Part shown: in pieces, positions 9,521 to 20,100 of the stretch | Layout of the letters: each line of letters begins with the position of its first letter | Position numbering within the stretch: position 1 is the stretch's first letter | Assembly: GCA_965661285.1 (NCBI GenBank) | Contig: CBFIDD010000001.1 | Span: 160,001-224,000, forward strand | Origin: Poseidonia sp. | GTDB taxonomy: Archaea; Thermoplasmatota; Poseidoniia; Poseidoniales; Poseidoniaceae | Direction of reading: 5' to 3' | Length of the DNA stretch: 64,000 nt | The notes under the pieces: model-generated | What the model saw: the letters and a program-made list of their open reading frames with translations, nothing else | Told to the model about the DNA's origin: nothing | Databases searched by the model: none | Position numbers and translations under genes: made by a program

Positions 9521-10491
9521 AGCTCGTCCCATGCCTTCGCCAACCCCTCGGCCAACGATGTTTTGGGTTGCCAACCAAGTGCAGAAGAAGCCGAGGTGGT
9601 GTCGGGGAGACGACGTTGTGAATCACCGGGATAGCCGCCACCAAGCACCATGTCCACCGCCAGCGTGCCGACCGTGTCGTTGACGCATTCGGCCAAAAAG
9701 CGCATGCTCACCTCTTCGGTTGAACCGATGTTAAAACTCCGCCCTGCGAGGCTTGCACCATCACGGCCAACGTCCAATTCGCCGGCGAGATAGAATCCCT
9801 CCACCGTATCGTCAATGTACGTCATGCTCCTCGTTTGAAGCCCGTCGCCGTGGATGCGCATCGGTTGCTGTTGCTTGACGGCGTTGAAGAACATCCCCAC
9901 CACCTGGCCATAGTCGTTCCCAAGCATGTTGGCGCCGTAGGCGTTGAACGGGCGTACGATTCGAGCGTCCAACCCGTTTCGAACAGCGTGCTGCACGGCG
10001 ACTTCATCGAGGTACTTGCTGGCGCCGTAGGAAAAGCGTTGGTGCTGTGAGGCGGGTGGAAAACGGCTGCTGTCCTCCTCCTGCAACGGCATGGTCTCGT
10101 TCTCGCCAAACGCCTCGGGCGAGGAGGCCAGAACAAAGCGAGCGCCCCATGCCATGGCTTTCCTCAACGCCACCAAGGTGCCGTTGATGTTGACGTCGAT
10201 GACGTCCAAGGCCGCTTCGTCAAACCACTTCGTGCCGTTGATGGCCGCCAAGTGATGAACGAGGTCAACGCCTCCCAGCGCTTGTGCACATCGCTCAAGG
10301 TCGTCCGGTGTCGTAACATCGCCTTCCACGACCGTGAGGTGAGCGTGGTCGGCAACCGAGAGCAAGTTGGCTTTGCTTCCGCGCCAATAATTATCCAAAA
10401 CAGCCACATGATGGCCTGCGGCCAGCAAACGTACGACCAGGGCCGACCCGATGAAGCCGGCACCACCGGTGACCACCACGCGTTTGGTCAC
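9505..10491 (-). CDS. NAD-dependent nucleotide-sugar epimerase/dehydratase (UDP-glucuronate decarboxylase-like)
   Basis: TGGAGFIG, YGASK, RPFNAYG, GDGLQTRS. Confidence 0.9.
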   Translation of the reverse strand: MTKRVVVTGGAGFIGSALVVRLLAAGHHVAVLDNYWRGSKANLLSVADHAHLTVVEGDVTTPDDLERCAQALGGVDLVHHLAAINGTKWFDEAALDVIDVNINGTLVALRKAMAWGARFVLASSPEAFGENETMPLQEEDSSRFPPASQHQRFSYGASKYLDEVAVQHAVRNGLDARIVRPFNAYGANMLGNDYGQVVGMFFNAVKQQQPMRIHGDGLQTRSMTYIDDTVEGFYLAGELDVGRDGASLAGRSFNIGSTEEVSMRFLAECVNDTVGTLAVDMVLGGGYPGDSQRRLPDTTSASSALGWQPKTSLAEGLAKAWDELQTGP

Positions 10492-12263
10492 GCTTGAACA
10501 CGCTCCACGACCTTGAGTTGAACGCCGGTTTCTGTTCGGCTGAATTCAACCGTGTCACCGGTGTTGACAGCCATACAGGGGTCCTCGTCAAAGCCGTGGC
10601 CGTAGGGCAACCCGAGCAGGGAACAGGCAGGAAGGGTTAGCGGGCAAATGTCTCGATTGACGATGGCTCTGGGACCTTTTCCGGTGTAGATCAGCCCCAT
10701 GAGAACATAGGGGGCGACCGTGGAGCCCGAACCCTTGGGGTAGATGAGGACCGTGTCTTCAATCGCCACGCCGTCCAGTGGATGCCCCGGCTCTTCGATG
10801 ACCCCAGTGTCCCGGTTGACGTACCCGAGATAGGTGATGGGGACATCCGTGACCAACGCACGTCCGCGGACGGTGAAGGTGTCCTGAGAGCGAAGTCCAG
10901 AACCCGCGAGCGACGCATCACCCGAACGGTGAGTTTTGGCGGAAGCGTGTTGTGGCTGGGCCTTGGGCTGGAGAACGGGAACTTCGCCGTGGCTCAATGT
11001 CGGGTCGATGGCATGGGCGACACAGGACTCAATGGGCATGACCGAGGTGGGCAGGCGATTCAATCCGCTCGTCAAGTAGTGCTCTGCCTTCAGAGAGTTG
11101 GTCAGCAGGTGGTTGTACTTTGAGCGATTGTACGGGGTGACCTCCGGGCAGGTATCTTTGAGCAACAACGCCCCTGCCTCCTCGAGCAGTGCAATGGTGC
11201 CATCGCCTTGAGCCAGTTCGTAGTTCTCGCCGCTGGTGAAGACCCAGAGACGGTGGTCGGGAATTTTTCGCCCCATCTCCATGTGCCCCCTCAGGGCGGA
11301 GGCGGTGATGCGGAGTTCCTCAAGGCTGGCCTGTGGACACCCGATGACCACCAAATCCACCCGACCCTTGGGCGCGAGGTCGTCGTAGCGCTTTTGCAGG
11401 TCGTCCTCCGTGAACCTCAATTCGCCTTGCCAACCACCTTCTGGCGGGGAAACGGTACCGTCGCCACCTCGGGCCAACGGCGGTGAGGCCGTGTGCCCTT
11501 CCGCCCACAACATGGCGCAGCCGTAGTTGGCCGCAGCAGCCGTCAGCGCCTTTTTTGATGCAAACGACATGAAGGAAGGGAGACCCGTGATGTAAGGCAT
11601 GGGACCGTAGGGCATGTCCCATTCGGGACGAACCTGCTTTCCAATCCAGTCGCCAAAGACCGACCAGTCCGACAGGTGGGTCATTTCGCAATCGAGGTGG
11701 ACGTGCAGGTTGGGTGTTCGGTTGGCCTCGAGGTGCAACCCCCACCTCGGGGCGAACCCGGTCAAGGCGGTGGCCAAAGCGGAGAGACCGGATTCCCGAT
11801 TCGTAATCAGCGAAGTCCACGTGTTGGAGAAGCAAACCGCGTTGGATTCGGCCCACGAGGCGATGCCACGCTCGCCCTCAATACCGCGGTCATAAGGCGT
11901 ACAGGACAAGGTCGCATCGATGCCGAGTTGTTCGTAAGCGTGAACGATTTCGAATTGTTGTTCGAGAAAATCAGGCCAGGCGATGTCCATCTCCTCCATC
12001 TTCTCACGGTCGCAACCCGCTGAATTCAACGTGGTCGGGATGGCGACTTCGCCATCGCCATCGGCGGACAGGTCCTTGAGGAAACGGCGCAAACCGTGCC
12101 CCCCGGTGATGACGGACACGCCCGAGACGTGAGCATGGACGGCGGAAATGTAGCCGTCAGCCTTGGCCGTGTCGGCCAGGTCGACGACCAAACGCGCCGC
12201 TTTTTGACGCGTCTTTCCTTCTTCGCCGGCCAACTGGTTGAGCAGACGCTGTGGAGGCTCCAT
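10488..12263 (-). CDS. Aconitase X, fused large (DUF521) and small swivel (DUF126) subunits; candidate phosphomevalonate dehydratase
   Basis: HVSGVS, PTTLN, SCTPY, WAESNA, IGCPQAS, DTCP, then C-terminal TGVIEEPGHPL..PKGSGST. Confidence 0.85.
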   Translation of the reverse strand: MEPPQRLLNQLAGEEGKTRQKAARLVVDLADTAKADGYISAVHAHVSGVSVITGGHGLRRFLKDLSADGDGEVAIPTTLNSAGCDREKMEEMDIAWPDFLEQQFEIVHAYEQLGIDATLSCTPYDRGIEGERGIASWAESNAVCFSNTWTSLITNRESGLSALATALTGFAPRWGLHLEANRTPNLHVHLDCEMTHLSDWSVFGDWIGKQVRPEWDMPYGPMPYITGLPSFMSFASKKALTAAAANYGCAMLWAEGHTASPPLARGGDGTVSPPEGGWQGELRFTEDDLQKRYDDLAPKGRVDLVVIGCPQASLEELRITASALRGHMEMGRKIPDHRLWVFTSGENYELAQGDGTIALLEEAGALLLKDTCPEVTPYNRSKYNHLLTNSLKAEHYLTSGLNRLPTSVMPIESCVAHAIDPTLSHGEVPVLQPKAQPQHASAKTHRSGDASLAGSGLRSQDTFTVRGRALVTDVPITYLGYVNRDTGVIEEPGHPLDGVAIEDTVLIYPKGSGSTVAPYVLMGLIYTGKGPRAIVNRDICPLTLPACSLLGLPYGHGFDEDPCMAVNTGDTVEFSRTETGVQLKVVERVQA

Positions 12264-12368
12264 GGACTTTCCATCACTTGAAGCCTCATGAACTCACCCC
12301 CACCGACACAACAAATCCAATCATCATCGCCGTTAGATTAAGAATCGTTGACGTCCCTCTATCCGTTC

Positions 12369-14495
12369 ATGCAACCATCTGCAGACAACGAGGTGTCCAG
12401 AGGCACCTCCCAGCAAGAAGCACGACAGGAAGAACAGCAGCCCAGCCAACCTCCGCAGCAGCGACGTGGCTGGTTAACCGTCCTTCAGACCCTAAGCCTG
12501 GTGGCGGTCATGATGCTCGCCCTGTACAACCATGCACTCGTAAACGCCGTCCCAGGAGAGACCCTGGCCACACCCTGGCTGGTCGAATCCGAACCTTTTG
12601 GACCCCTCGAACCCTGCAACGAAGGCGGCGCACGCATCCACACCGGTTTTGACGTCGACGGAAACGGTGCGCTCGAGGTTGGTGAGCGCATGGACACCAT
12701 CGTGCTGTGCAACGGCATGCGCGGCCTCTCCGGACCTCAAGGTCAAGCAGGAGATGACGGTGTCAGCGCCGTGGCTCAGCGTTTGGAAACCGAAACCTTG
12801 CCCGTGGGCAACACGACCTGTCCTGAGGGCGGAGTGGTGATGCACAGCGGGTTGGACCTGAATCTCAACGAGGAACTCGAGGCAGAGGAAGTGGTCAACC
12901 AAACCGTCCTGTGCAACGGACGGATGGGCGACAACGGACACAACGGCACCGCCGGTATCGACGGCACCGCAGGCGCATCGGCCCTGGTTGACAAGATCAC
13001 GGCGCCCAACTACATCTGTTTGGACGGGTTCGTCATCCGCTTTGGTGTGGACGACGGCACCAAGGCTGGCATCGCCGGCAACGGCTTGCTCGAGGAGAGC
13101 GAAGTGAGGGAGACGCTGAACTTCTGCTTTGAGCCGCTCAGGTCCGACCGTGTGAGCGATGTGTTTGACGGAGCCGGGAACTCCATGACGACCGGTTGCG
13201 ATGAAGCCGTGTGGTCCAACGCCCAATCGGCGTTCTACTTCGCGGCCAACGACGGCACCAACGGTTGCGAACTTCACGTTCACAACCCCGAGACGAACTC
13301 CACGACGATGGTGGTCGACCTCCACCCCAGCGGCGACGCCCTGCCCGGCCGCGACCTCGGACTGTGGGCGTTGGGCGACCGTCTGCTCTTCGATGCGACC
13401 GACGGAGCGAGCATGCGACAACTCTGGGCCAGCGACGGCACGGCCAACGGTACGACCGCCTTGGGTGCCGTCGAGGCATGGGAGCCCCTTCCGTGGAGCG
13501 GGGGGCTGATGTTCCGCTCCACCTCCAATCAACTCGTTTGGACCAACGGCACGGCCCTCCACAACGGAATCGTCCCGCCAGAATGGAGCGAGGACGTGTC
13601 ACAAGCGGCGCAGGCCAATCTCGCAGGGCTCAGCGATGTGGGTCAAGCGTGGATTCACACCGACGGCCAAGCAGCGTGGTTCAGTGCAGCGGATGAAAAC
13701 GGCGATGTTGAACCCTATCGGCTCAGCGTGGACGGGGTGGTGACCTCGTGGCAGCTCAACGATGTTGGCGACACCCAGCTCTCAAACCTGGTCAGCGTTG
13801 ACAACGACGTCATCGCCGTCGGTGTTCGAGGCGGCGTCAAGCAACTGGTGCGCCTCTACGACAACGGCTCGTTCGAATGGCTGACTTACATCGTCCCGTC
13901 TACAGGTGGTACCCGAATCGGAGAAGGAATGGGCGTTCACCTCATCGGTGACAATCTCGTCTACGATGCAGTGACGTCCGGCAACGAAGCTCGCCTCTGG
14001 ACCACCAACATCGCCAACGGCATCACGCTGCAACTGAGCAGCGACCTGCAATCACCCGGGGACCATGTTGGTGTGGCGAACACGGGCGAGCGCCTTCTCT
14101 TTGATTGCCTCACGCCCACGCACGGCATGGAGATCTGCACCACCGACGGGACGCCCCAAGGAAGTCGTGTCGTCCACGACCTCACGCCGGGATTGATGTC
14201 ATCGGACATTCGTGGGTTGGCAGCCGTCGGCGATGGATGGGTCGTCATCTCGAGCGGTTCGGTGAACGGCACGGCCCAAGGCGTCGCGCTTTGGGCGATC
14301 GAGGGCACGGCCATGCGCCTTGCATACGACCCATGGACCGGGAACGGGAATTCCTCTCAAGCCCTGAACTACGGGGCGCTCGTGATTTCCCCCACGCAGG
14401 CTTGGTTCATCGCCCATGACGGCACCCACGGGCACGAATGGCACCGCTGGAGCCACGGCGAGATGTCCGACGACTGGATTGTCATTCGTCGCTGA
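12369..14495 (+). CDS. Membrane-anchored surface protein with GxDxxxNGxL repeats, short collagen-like linkers and ELWxxDGT-type beta-propeller
   Basis: N-terminal TM; three C..GG...GxDxxxxGxL..E..C units; GPQGQAGDDG; QLWASDGT, EICTTDGT. Confidence 0.8.
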   Translation: MQPSADNEVSRGTSQQEARQEEQQPSQPPQQRRGWLTVLQTLSLVAVMMLALYNHALVNAVPGETLATPWLVESEPFGPLEPCNEGGARIHTGFDVDGNGALEVGERMDTIVLCNGMRGLSGPQGQAGDDGVSAVAQRLETETLPVGNTTCPEGGVVMHSGLDLNLNEELEAEEVVNQTVLCNGRMGDNGHNGTAGIDGTAGASALVDKITAPNYICLDGFVIRFGVDDGTKAGIAGNGLLEESEVRETLNFCFEPLRSDRVSDVFDGAGNSMTTGCDEAVWSNAQSAFYFAANDGTNGCELHVHNPETNSTTMVVDLHPSGDALPGRDLGLWALGDRLLFDATDGASMRQLWASDGTANGTTALGAVEAWEPLPWSGGLMFRSTSNQLVWTNGTALHNGIVPPEWSEDVSQAAQANLAGLSDVGQAWIHTDGQAAWFSAADENGDVEPYRLSVDGVVTSWQLNDVGDTQLSNLVSVDNDVIAVGVRGGVKQLVRLYDNGSFEWLTYIVPSTGGTRIGEGMGVHLIGDNLVYDAVTSGNEARLWTTNIANGITLQLSSDLQSPGDHVGVANTGERLLFDCLTPTHGMEICTTDGTPQGSRVVHDLTPGLMSSDIRGLAAVGDGWVVISSGSVNGTAQGVALWAIEGTAMRLAYDPWTGNGNSSQALNYGALVISPTQAWFIAHDGTHGHEWHRWSHGEMSDDWIVIRR

Positions 14496-15330
14496 TGGGC
14501 ACGACGTTGGTCCGTCCGATGCAGTAGGAACACGATACGCCCACGACGTAATCGGGTGATGCTTGCTCCTGTGTGGACAACGGTTCTCGACAGGCGAAAC
14601 AAACGACCACTTCGGTCTCATCGAGGGAGGCATTCACCGCCACGCGCTGGTCAAACACAAAGCAGTCCCCGTTCCAATGGTCACCGCCGACCTGTTCGAA
14701 GTAGCCCAGCACGCCGCCTTTGAGTTGCTTGACGTTGGTAAACCCCGCTTCAATCATGATAGCACTGGCCTTCTCGCACCGAATGCCACCCGTACAGAAC
14801 ATCACAACCGGTTCGTCCTTCATGCTGTCCGGGAGCTGCTCAATGGCCTCTGGAAACGCCCGGAAGGTGCGGATGTCGAGGTCGATGGCGTTGTCAAAGG
14901 TGCCCACGCGCAATTCGTAATCGTTTCTCGTGTCGAGGACATGGACGTGTTCGCCAGCGTCGAGCATGGCTTTGAAATCGCGAGGCTCAATCTCCTCTCC
15001 CGTGAAATCAGCGGGCCGAATGTGGTTGAGACCGACCGAAATGATCTCGTTTTTCAATCGGACATTCATGCGATTGAACGGCTGATAGTCGGTGTAGGAG
15101 ACCTTGAGCGGAAGCCCTGCAAACCGCTGGTCGCTTTCAAGAACGCTGGTGAACGCCTCAATGGCCGAAACGGTTCCAGCAAGAAAGAAATTGATGCCTT
15201 CAGGTGCCAGAAGAACGGTCCCCTTGAGGCCAACATCAATGCACAGGCTGCGATACATCGTTTGGAGGTCTTCCCGGTCGTTGAGGTCAACAAACCGATA
15301 ACCGGCGATGTTCATGATGGAGCCGGACAC
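14482..15330 (-). CDS. trhO: TrhO/YceA-type tRNA U34 hydroxylase (rhodanese-related)
   Basis: GTVLLAPEGIN, LDTRNDYE, FCTGGIRCEKA, LKGG, GDCFVFDQR, CxxC...CxxC; start placed at GTG 15330. Confidence 0.88.
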   Translation of the reverse strand: MSGSIMNIAGYRFVDLNDREDLQTMYRSLCIDVGLKGTVLLAPEGINFFLAGTVSAIEAFTSVLESDQRFAGLPLKVSYTDYQPFNRMNVRLKNEIISVGLNHIRPADFTGEEIEPRDFKAMLDAGEHVHVLDTRNDYELRVGTFDNAIDLDIRTFRAFPEAIEQLPDSMKDEPVVMFCTGGIRCEKASAIMIEAGFTNVKQLKGGVLGYFEQVGGDHWNGDCFVFDQRVAVNASLDETEVVVCFACREPLSTQEQASPDYVVGVSCSYCIGRTNVVPISDE

Positions 15331-15369
15331 AAATCGGCGTGGAAAATCCACTTCTTGAGTTCACCGACG

Positions 15370-17136
15370 TCATTCGAGCCGGCGCCAGTCGTGATTCGAA
15401 GCGAGGGGGCGCCGCCACCCTTGTCCGAACGCCCGAGAGGAAACACGTGGGGCCGGCGGCATTTGCCAGCGTTTGTGTTCGTTGCGCTCAAGCCGGGTGA
15501 GCACATCCATCACCATCGAGGCGTCATGACCCGCAGCCACCAAATCATCAGCGTTCAGGCCACCCTCAATGTGGCCTCGCAGCACGGCGTCCAAGCGCTC
15601 GTAAGGTGGCAAGGTATCCTGGTCGGTTTGGTCGGGAGCGAGTTCTGCAGAAGGGGGCTTGGTCATCGTCGAGGCGGAAACCGGTTCGGTCATGCCTCGA
15701 GCAGCTGCCCGTTGGTTGAAGCGCTCCGCCATGGCGTAAACGTCCATCTTGTAGACATCACCCAAGGGGGCATAACCGCCCGCCATATCGCCGTAGAGCG
15801 TACAATACCCCTGCGCAATTTCTGATTTATTTCCGGTGGTCACCGCCATGCTTCCGTTGGCGTTGGCGTACCCCATCACAAGAATCGCTCGCAGCCGAGC
15901 CTGCAGATTTTCTCCAGCAACCGGATGGCCGCTCGAGAGCACCTCTGCGAGCGTGGTCTCAACGCTGGTGTGCATGGCGTCAATGGGATGGAGGTGATGG
16001 GCCATCCCAAGCGCTTTTGCGGTGTGGAGCGCATCGTCAATGGAATGCTGTGAGGAATGACGACTGGGCATGGCCAGTCCGGTGACGTTCGCCGCACCGA
16101 TGGCCTCGGCAGCGACACAGGCCGCCACGGCGGAATCGATGCCGCCGGACAGTCCGAGCACAATGGAGTGGATGGAGGATTTTCGACAATAATCAGCAAG
16201 TCCCGTCACGACGGCATTGGTCAGTTCCTCGATGGTGTCCTCGAACGATGAACCGTCATCCTCCGGCTCGAGATGCATCGTTGCGGTGGCGCCGATGCAC
16301 AGGGCGTCATCGGCTTCGCTGGCCACCCAAGTGCACGCTTTGGGGTCGTTGAGGTCAACCAAGAGGACGCCTTCTTGCCACGATGGAGCGACGACGGCAC
16401 GGCCGTCGGGCCAGACCACCAAACTCCGCCCGTCGAACAGAAGGTCGTCGTTGCCCCCAACTTGATTCGCAAGAAGAAACGGATGGTTCAGAACGGAGGC
16501 TGCGTGTCGGGCAACGGCAAGTCGCGTGGTGAATTTCTCGGAATGAAACGGAGAGGCGGAGAGGTTCACGGTGGCGTGAATATTCACGCCCTGCCGGGTC
16601 CATTCCGCGATGTGCTCAATCGGGTCCTGGGCGTAGGCAGACGGCGTCATACCGGCGGACTGCCAAGCATCCTCGCACACGGTGACTCCCAACGTCAGGC
16701 CGCCAAATGAACGAGCGAGACCCGAACGGTTCTTGGCCGCAAAGTAGCGTGCTTCGTCAAACACATCGTAGGTCGGGAGCAGCTGTTTTTCTGCAACGAT
16801 GCGCCCGTGTTCGTCGTTGGTGATGCTGACGGCGTCCGTACCGGACCGCACCACGCCGTTGGTGGGCAGTGTGCGGTCGTCTTCTGCAGGAATCGGTGTG
16901 CCGATGAGCAGGGGGAGAGGGGCATCCATGTCCAGAGCGGCCGTCATGGAGCGATGAACGAAATCTCGCTCCATCAACAGGTCGCGTGGTGGATAACCGC
17001 ACACGGCCAGTTCGGTTGATACGCCAACCGAAGCACCCGCCTGTTTGGCTTGTTGTGCGAGGGAGGAGAGGCGGTGCACGTTGAGCTCAAGGTCGCCCAC
17101 CGTGGGGTCAAATTGTAACAAGCCGATCTTGCTCAT
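15370..17136 (-). CDS. nadE: Glutamine-dependent NAD+ synthetase
   Basis: Nitrilase domain with E-K-C triad (TELAV, EKQLLP, VCED) plus LGLSGGIDS, ENLQARLR, TGNKSE, PPSAEL. Confidence 0.95.
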   Translation of the reverse strand: MSKIGLLQFDPTVGDLELNVHRLSSLAQQAKQAGASVGVSTELAVCGYPPRDLLMERDFVHRSMTAALDMDAPLPLLIGTPIPAEDDRTLPTNGVVRSGTDAVSITNDEHGRIVAEKQLLPTYDVFDEARYFAAKNRSGLARSFGGLTLGVTVCEDAWQSAGMTPSAYAQDPIEHIAEWTRQGVNIHATVNLSASPFHSEKFTTRLAVARHAASVLNHPFLLANQVGGNDDLLFDGRSLVVWPDGRAVVAPSWQEGVLLVDLNDPKACTWVASEADDALCIGATATMHLEPEDDGSSFEDTIEELTNAVVTGLADYCRKSSIHSIVLGLSGGIDSAVAACVAAEAIGAANVTGLAMPSRHSSQHSIDDALHTAKALGMAHHLHPIDAMHTSVETTLAEVLSSGHPVAGENLQARLRAILVMGYANANGSMAVTTGNKSEIAQGYCTLYGDMAGGYAPLGDVYKMDVYAMAERFNQRAAARGMTEPVSASTMTKPPSAELAPDQTDQDTLPPYERLDAVLRGHIEGGLNADDLVAAGHDASMVMDVLTRLERNEHKRWQMPPAPRVSSRAFGQGWRRPLASNHDWRRLE

Positions 17137-17154
17137 GGCCTCACCCGACGAACC

Positions 17155-20100
17155 TCAAGGGTGCTTGACGATCTCACCGTTGGCGTCCTTGTACCACCAT
17201 TCGTTGGTGGCTTTGTCGTGGTACCACCAGTAGCCGTCGGACCCCATCACCCAATCGGTTTCTTCCTCCCCTGAAGAGGCTTCGGAGGCGGTGGTGGTTG
17301 CTACCGCAGTCGCGGAGGTCGCCGCTGCAGACGTTTCCTCAGGAACATCATACTCATCGTCATCGTCCTCAAACTCGGAGGAATACTCATCCCAGTCAAA
17401 CTCAGAACGTGAGCCAGAATTCACGGTCATTCTTCGCATCCACGTGAGCAGCATCACCACGACGGCCACCAACAACAGACCGGTGAGGCTTCCGATGACG
17501 GGGTTGACGTCGCCGAACAATTTCTGTGAGAAACTGGGCTCTTCGGCCACTCGGACATCGACGTTGGGACCGCTGACGGTCATGCCGTTGTCAAGCGTCG
17601 CTTCGACCCACTGGACGCCGGGAACTTCGGGCTGCCAATCTACGGCGAGCAAACCGATGGCCCCTGCCTCTGCATCAACCGCGGTGCGTTGAATCAGCGT
17701 GCGCTGGCCCGTGGTATCCACGGTTTCGATCACCACGCCGATCTCACCCTGCAGCGATCCGATGTTTTCGACCTCGAGTTGAACGGAGGTTGTTTCACCA
17801 ACATCCAGCAACAAGCGGGAGTAGGTCAAAGCGGACGGGGCGACGGTGAATTTTGGCTGCAACCATTCCATGTTCCATGTCGCAAGGAAGGGGTTGTTCA
17901 GGTTGCCACCAAGGCCCGTGACAGCGTTTCCTGCAAGGTCGCGACCAGCAATGCTGATCTTGACTTCCATTCTGTCGATGAGCATCTCGTTTGTGATTTC
18001 ACTGAGGTTCATTTCGGTGTACAATTCCAGTCGCAGTCCGTCGAGTTCCTCGCCTTCGAGGGAAAGTGGCTCTCGTCCGGACCGAATCACATCACCGGTC
18101 TCAAAGTCTTCAACCTGCCAAACGAGTTCAAGGGACTGGAGGTCAAGACCGCCCAGTTCTTGCACGACGACACGAACTTCGTGAGCCTCACCGCCCAAGA
18201 TGGCACGGGGTCGAGGCGAGAGCACTTCCTGAGGTTCGGGACCCGTACCGTCAACGACAATCCATTTCACGGACGATTCTTGGTCGGTTAGGTCAATGCC
18301 CTGGCCCTCAAGGCATCCCACTTCCCACGTCATGGGCACCGAACCGGAGGTTGCGGGAGCGTTCAAGGCGATGGACCAAATGCCGTCTGTCGCCGTAGCG
18401 CCGTAGGTTTGGCCTGCAAAGAGAATGTCCACCTGACAGGCGAAGTCAGGCACGGAACTGGTCTCCGCAAACACGAGACCGCCAGAGATTTCCATCGGTG
18501 TCAGCGGGGTCACTCTCGCTCCGTCGCCAAGGAAGGACCCACGGGTGAGGTGGAGGTTGACGCTCTCTTCTGGGATTTCGAGTCCAGCGGAGAAACGCCA
18601 TCGATGCTCAGGGAAATTTCTCATCTCTTCTTGGCCCGCTCGGTCCACCACGAGAATGGCGGGCTCTCTTCGATTCTCACCAAGATCCGGCGTGTTCCAA
18701 CCGAAGTGAAGATGAATGTTCAGCACGAGGTCCTCCTCGTAAGGGTCGGCAACGCCGTTCGCGCCGAGCATGGTGCACTGGTCGATGAAAACATGTGTGG
18801 ACGTCGTGGTGCACTGGCCGGTGTCGAAGGCCCATTCGATGCTCATCGGGTCGCTGCCTTGATTGCTGGCCAACATGACTTCAACGGTTGAGAGGTCCGA
18901 GCCTCCGTTGGGCTCAGAAATCTTGACGTTGAGTTCGTAGGGTTGGGCGGGATGCAACCACGACATTCGTCCGTCGGCCCACGCAAAGGCATCCGGTGCG
19001 AGTTCGGGAGCGCCGTCAATCGCCAGTTGGTAAACGAAGAGCTGTTCGCCTTCCTCCGCACTGCCACCGTCCTGTATAGCGTAGCCAGAGGGGTCGGTGC
19101 CTTCGAGATAGACGGCCACTTTTTGGCCGAGTGTCCCGTCAGTGTCGTCGATCATCAGCGTGTAAACACCGGTCAAGGCCGTAAGGTCGCTGGGCAGGAG
19201 CATCGAAACGGGGTTGAATTCACCCTCGTCGGGCCACCCGTTCATGTTGGCATCATCGTCCCATTCCTTCCAGACCATGGCGGTCATGGCGTTGGGAAGT
19301 ACGGGTTGGTCGAGAATGGTGACCTGCATCACTTGGGTAGGGCTTGGCGTGCGGTGGTCGTAGCGATACATCGAGGTCTCGGTGACCCTCGGCTTGACTG
19401 AATCTACCGTGAAGGTGCGACTGATGACGCTGGGCTCGATGACCGATGAGCCGTTCAAGGAAACAAGACCAACTTCCCATTCCACGTCCCCGTAGGTGAA
19501 CGGGATGTTCTCGGTGAAATTCCAATAGGCCCCATCAAGCGAGGTGGTGTTTCGCACCGCAACACCGTCTCTGTAGAGGGTGAGCTCAGCGTCGCCGTCA
19601 ACGAAGCCCCGAGGGTCCGAGACGTCCTCAAAGCCAACGGCGATGGAGACGTTCATCGACTCCCCACCTCGGAGGTATTGGCGGGTCGGGCTCATGGCCA
19701 CGCCGTCTTCGGAGAACACCACGGACTTGAGTTCGAGGTCGTTTTCGTAGCCCTGCGTGGAAAGCCCACCCCAGGTGTGTGAGAAGGGGATGGAAATGAC
19801 ACCGCTCTGCATAACCAAACGGGAGGTGGCGGTCAGCTGTGTCTCGTCGTCCCACGTTGGACGAAGACGGAACGTGATGTTGGTGGTCACGCTCGTCCCG
19901 TCTTCGGCGATGGTGATGGCGTCGGTTGGATGAAGTTCGATGAGGTCGGCGTCGCCCAAGCCGGACGGCCCACCGCCGTCTGCCGGGAAAAGGAGGGTGG
20001 CTTGGGTTGCCTTGCTGTAGACATCGAGGCGATGATGGGTGATGGAACCGCCGATGACCTGGTAGGTCGAGGAGATGGTCTGCCATTCTTTCGACGGCGT

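Noticed and set aside
14563-15825. 420-aa plus-strand ORF
   Set aside because: Antisense shadow of trhO and nadE with no motifs; expected from GC-rich codon bias
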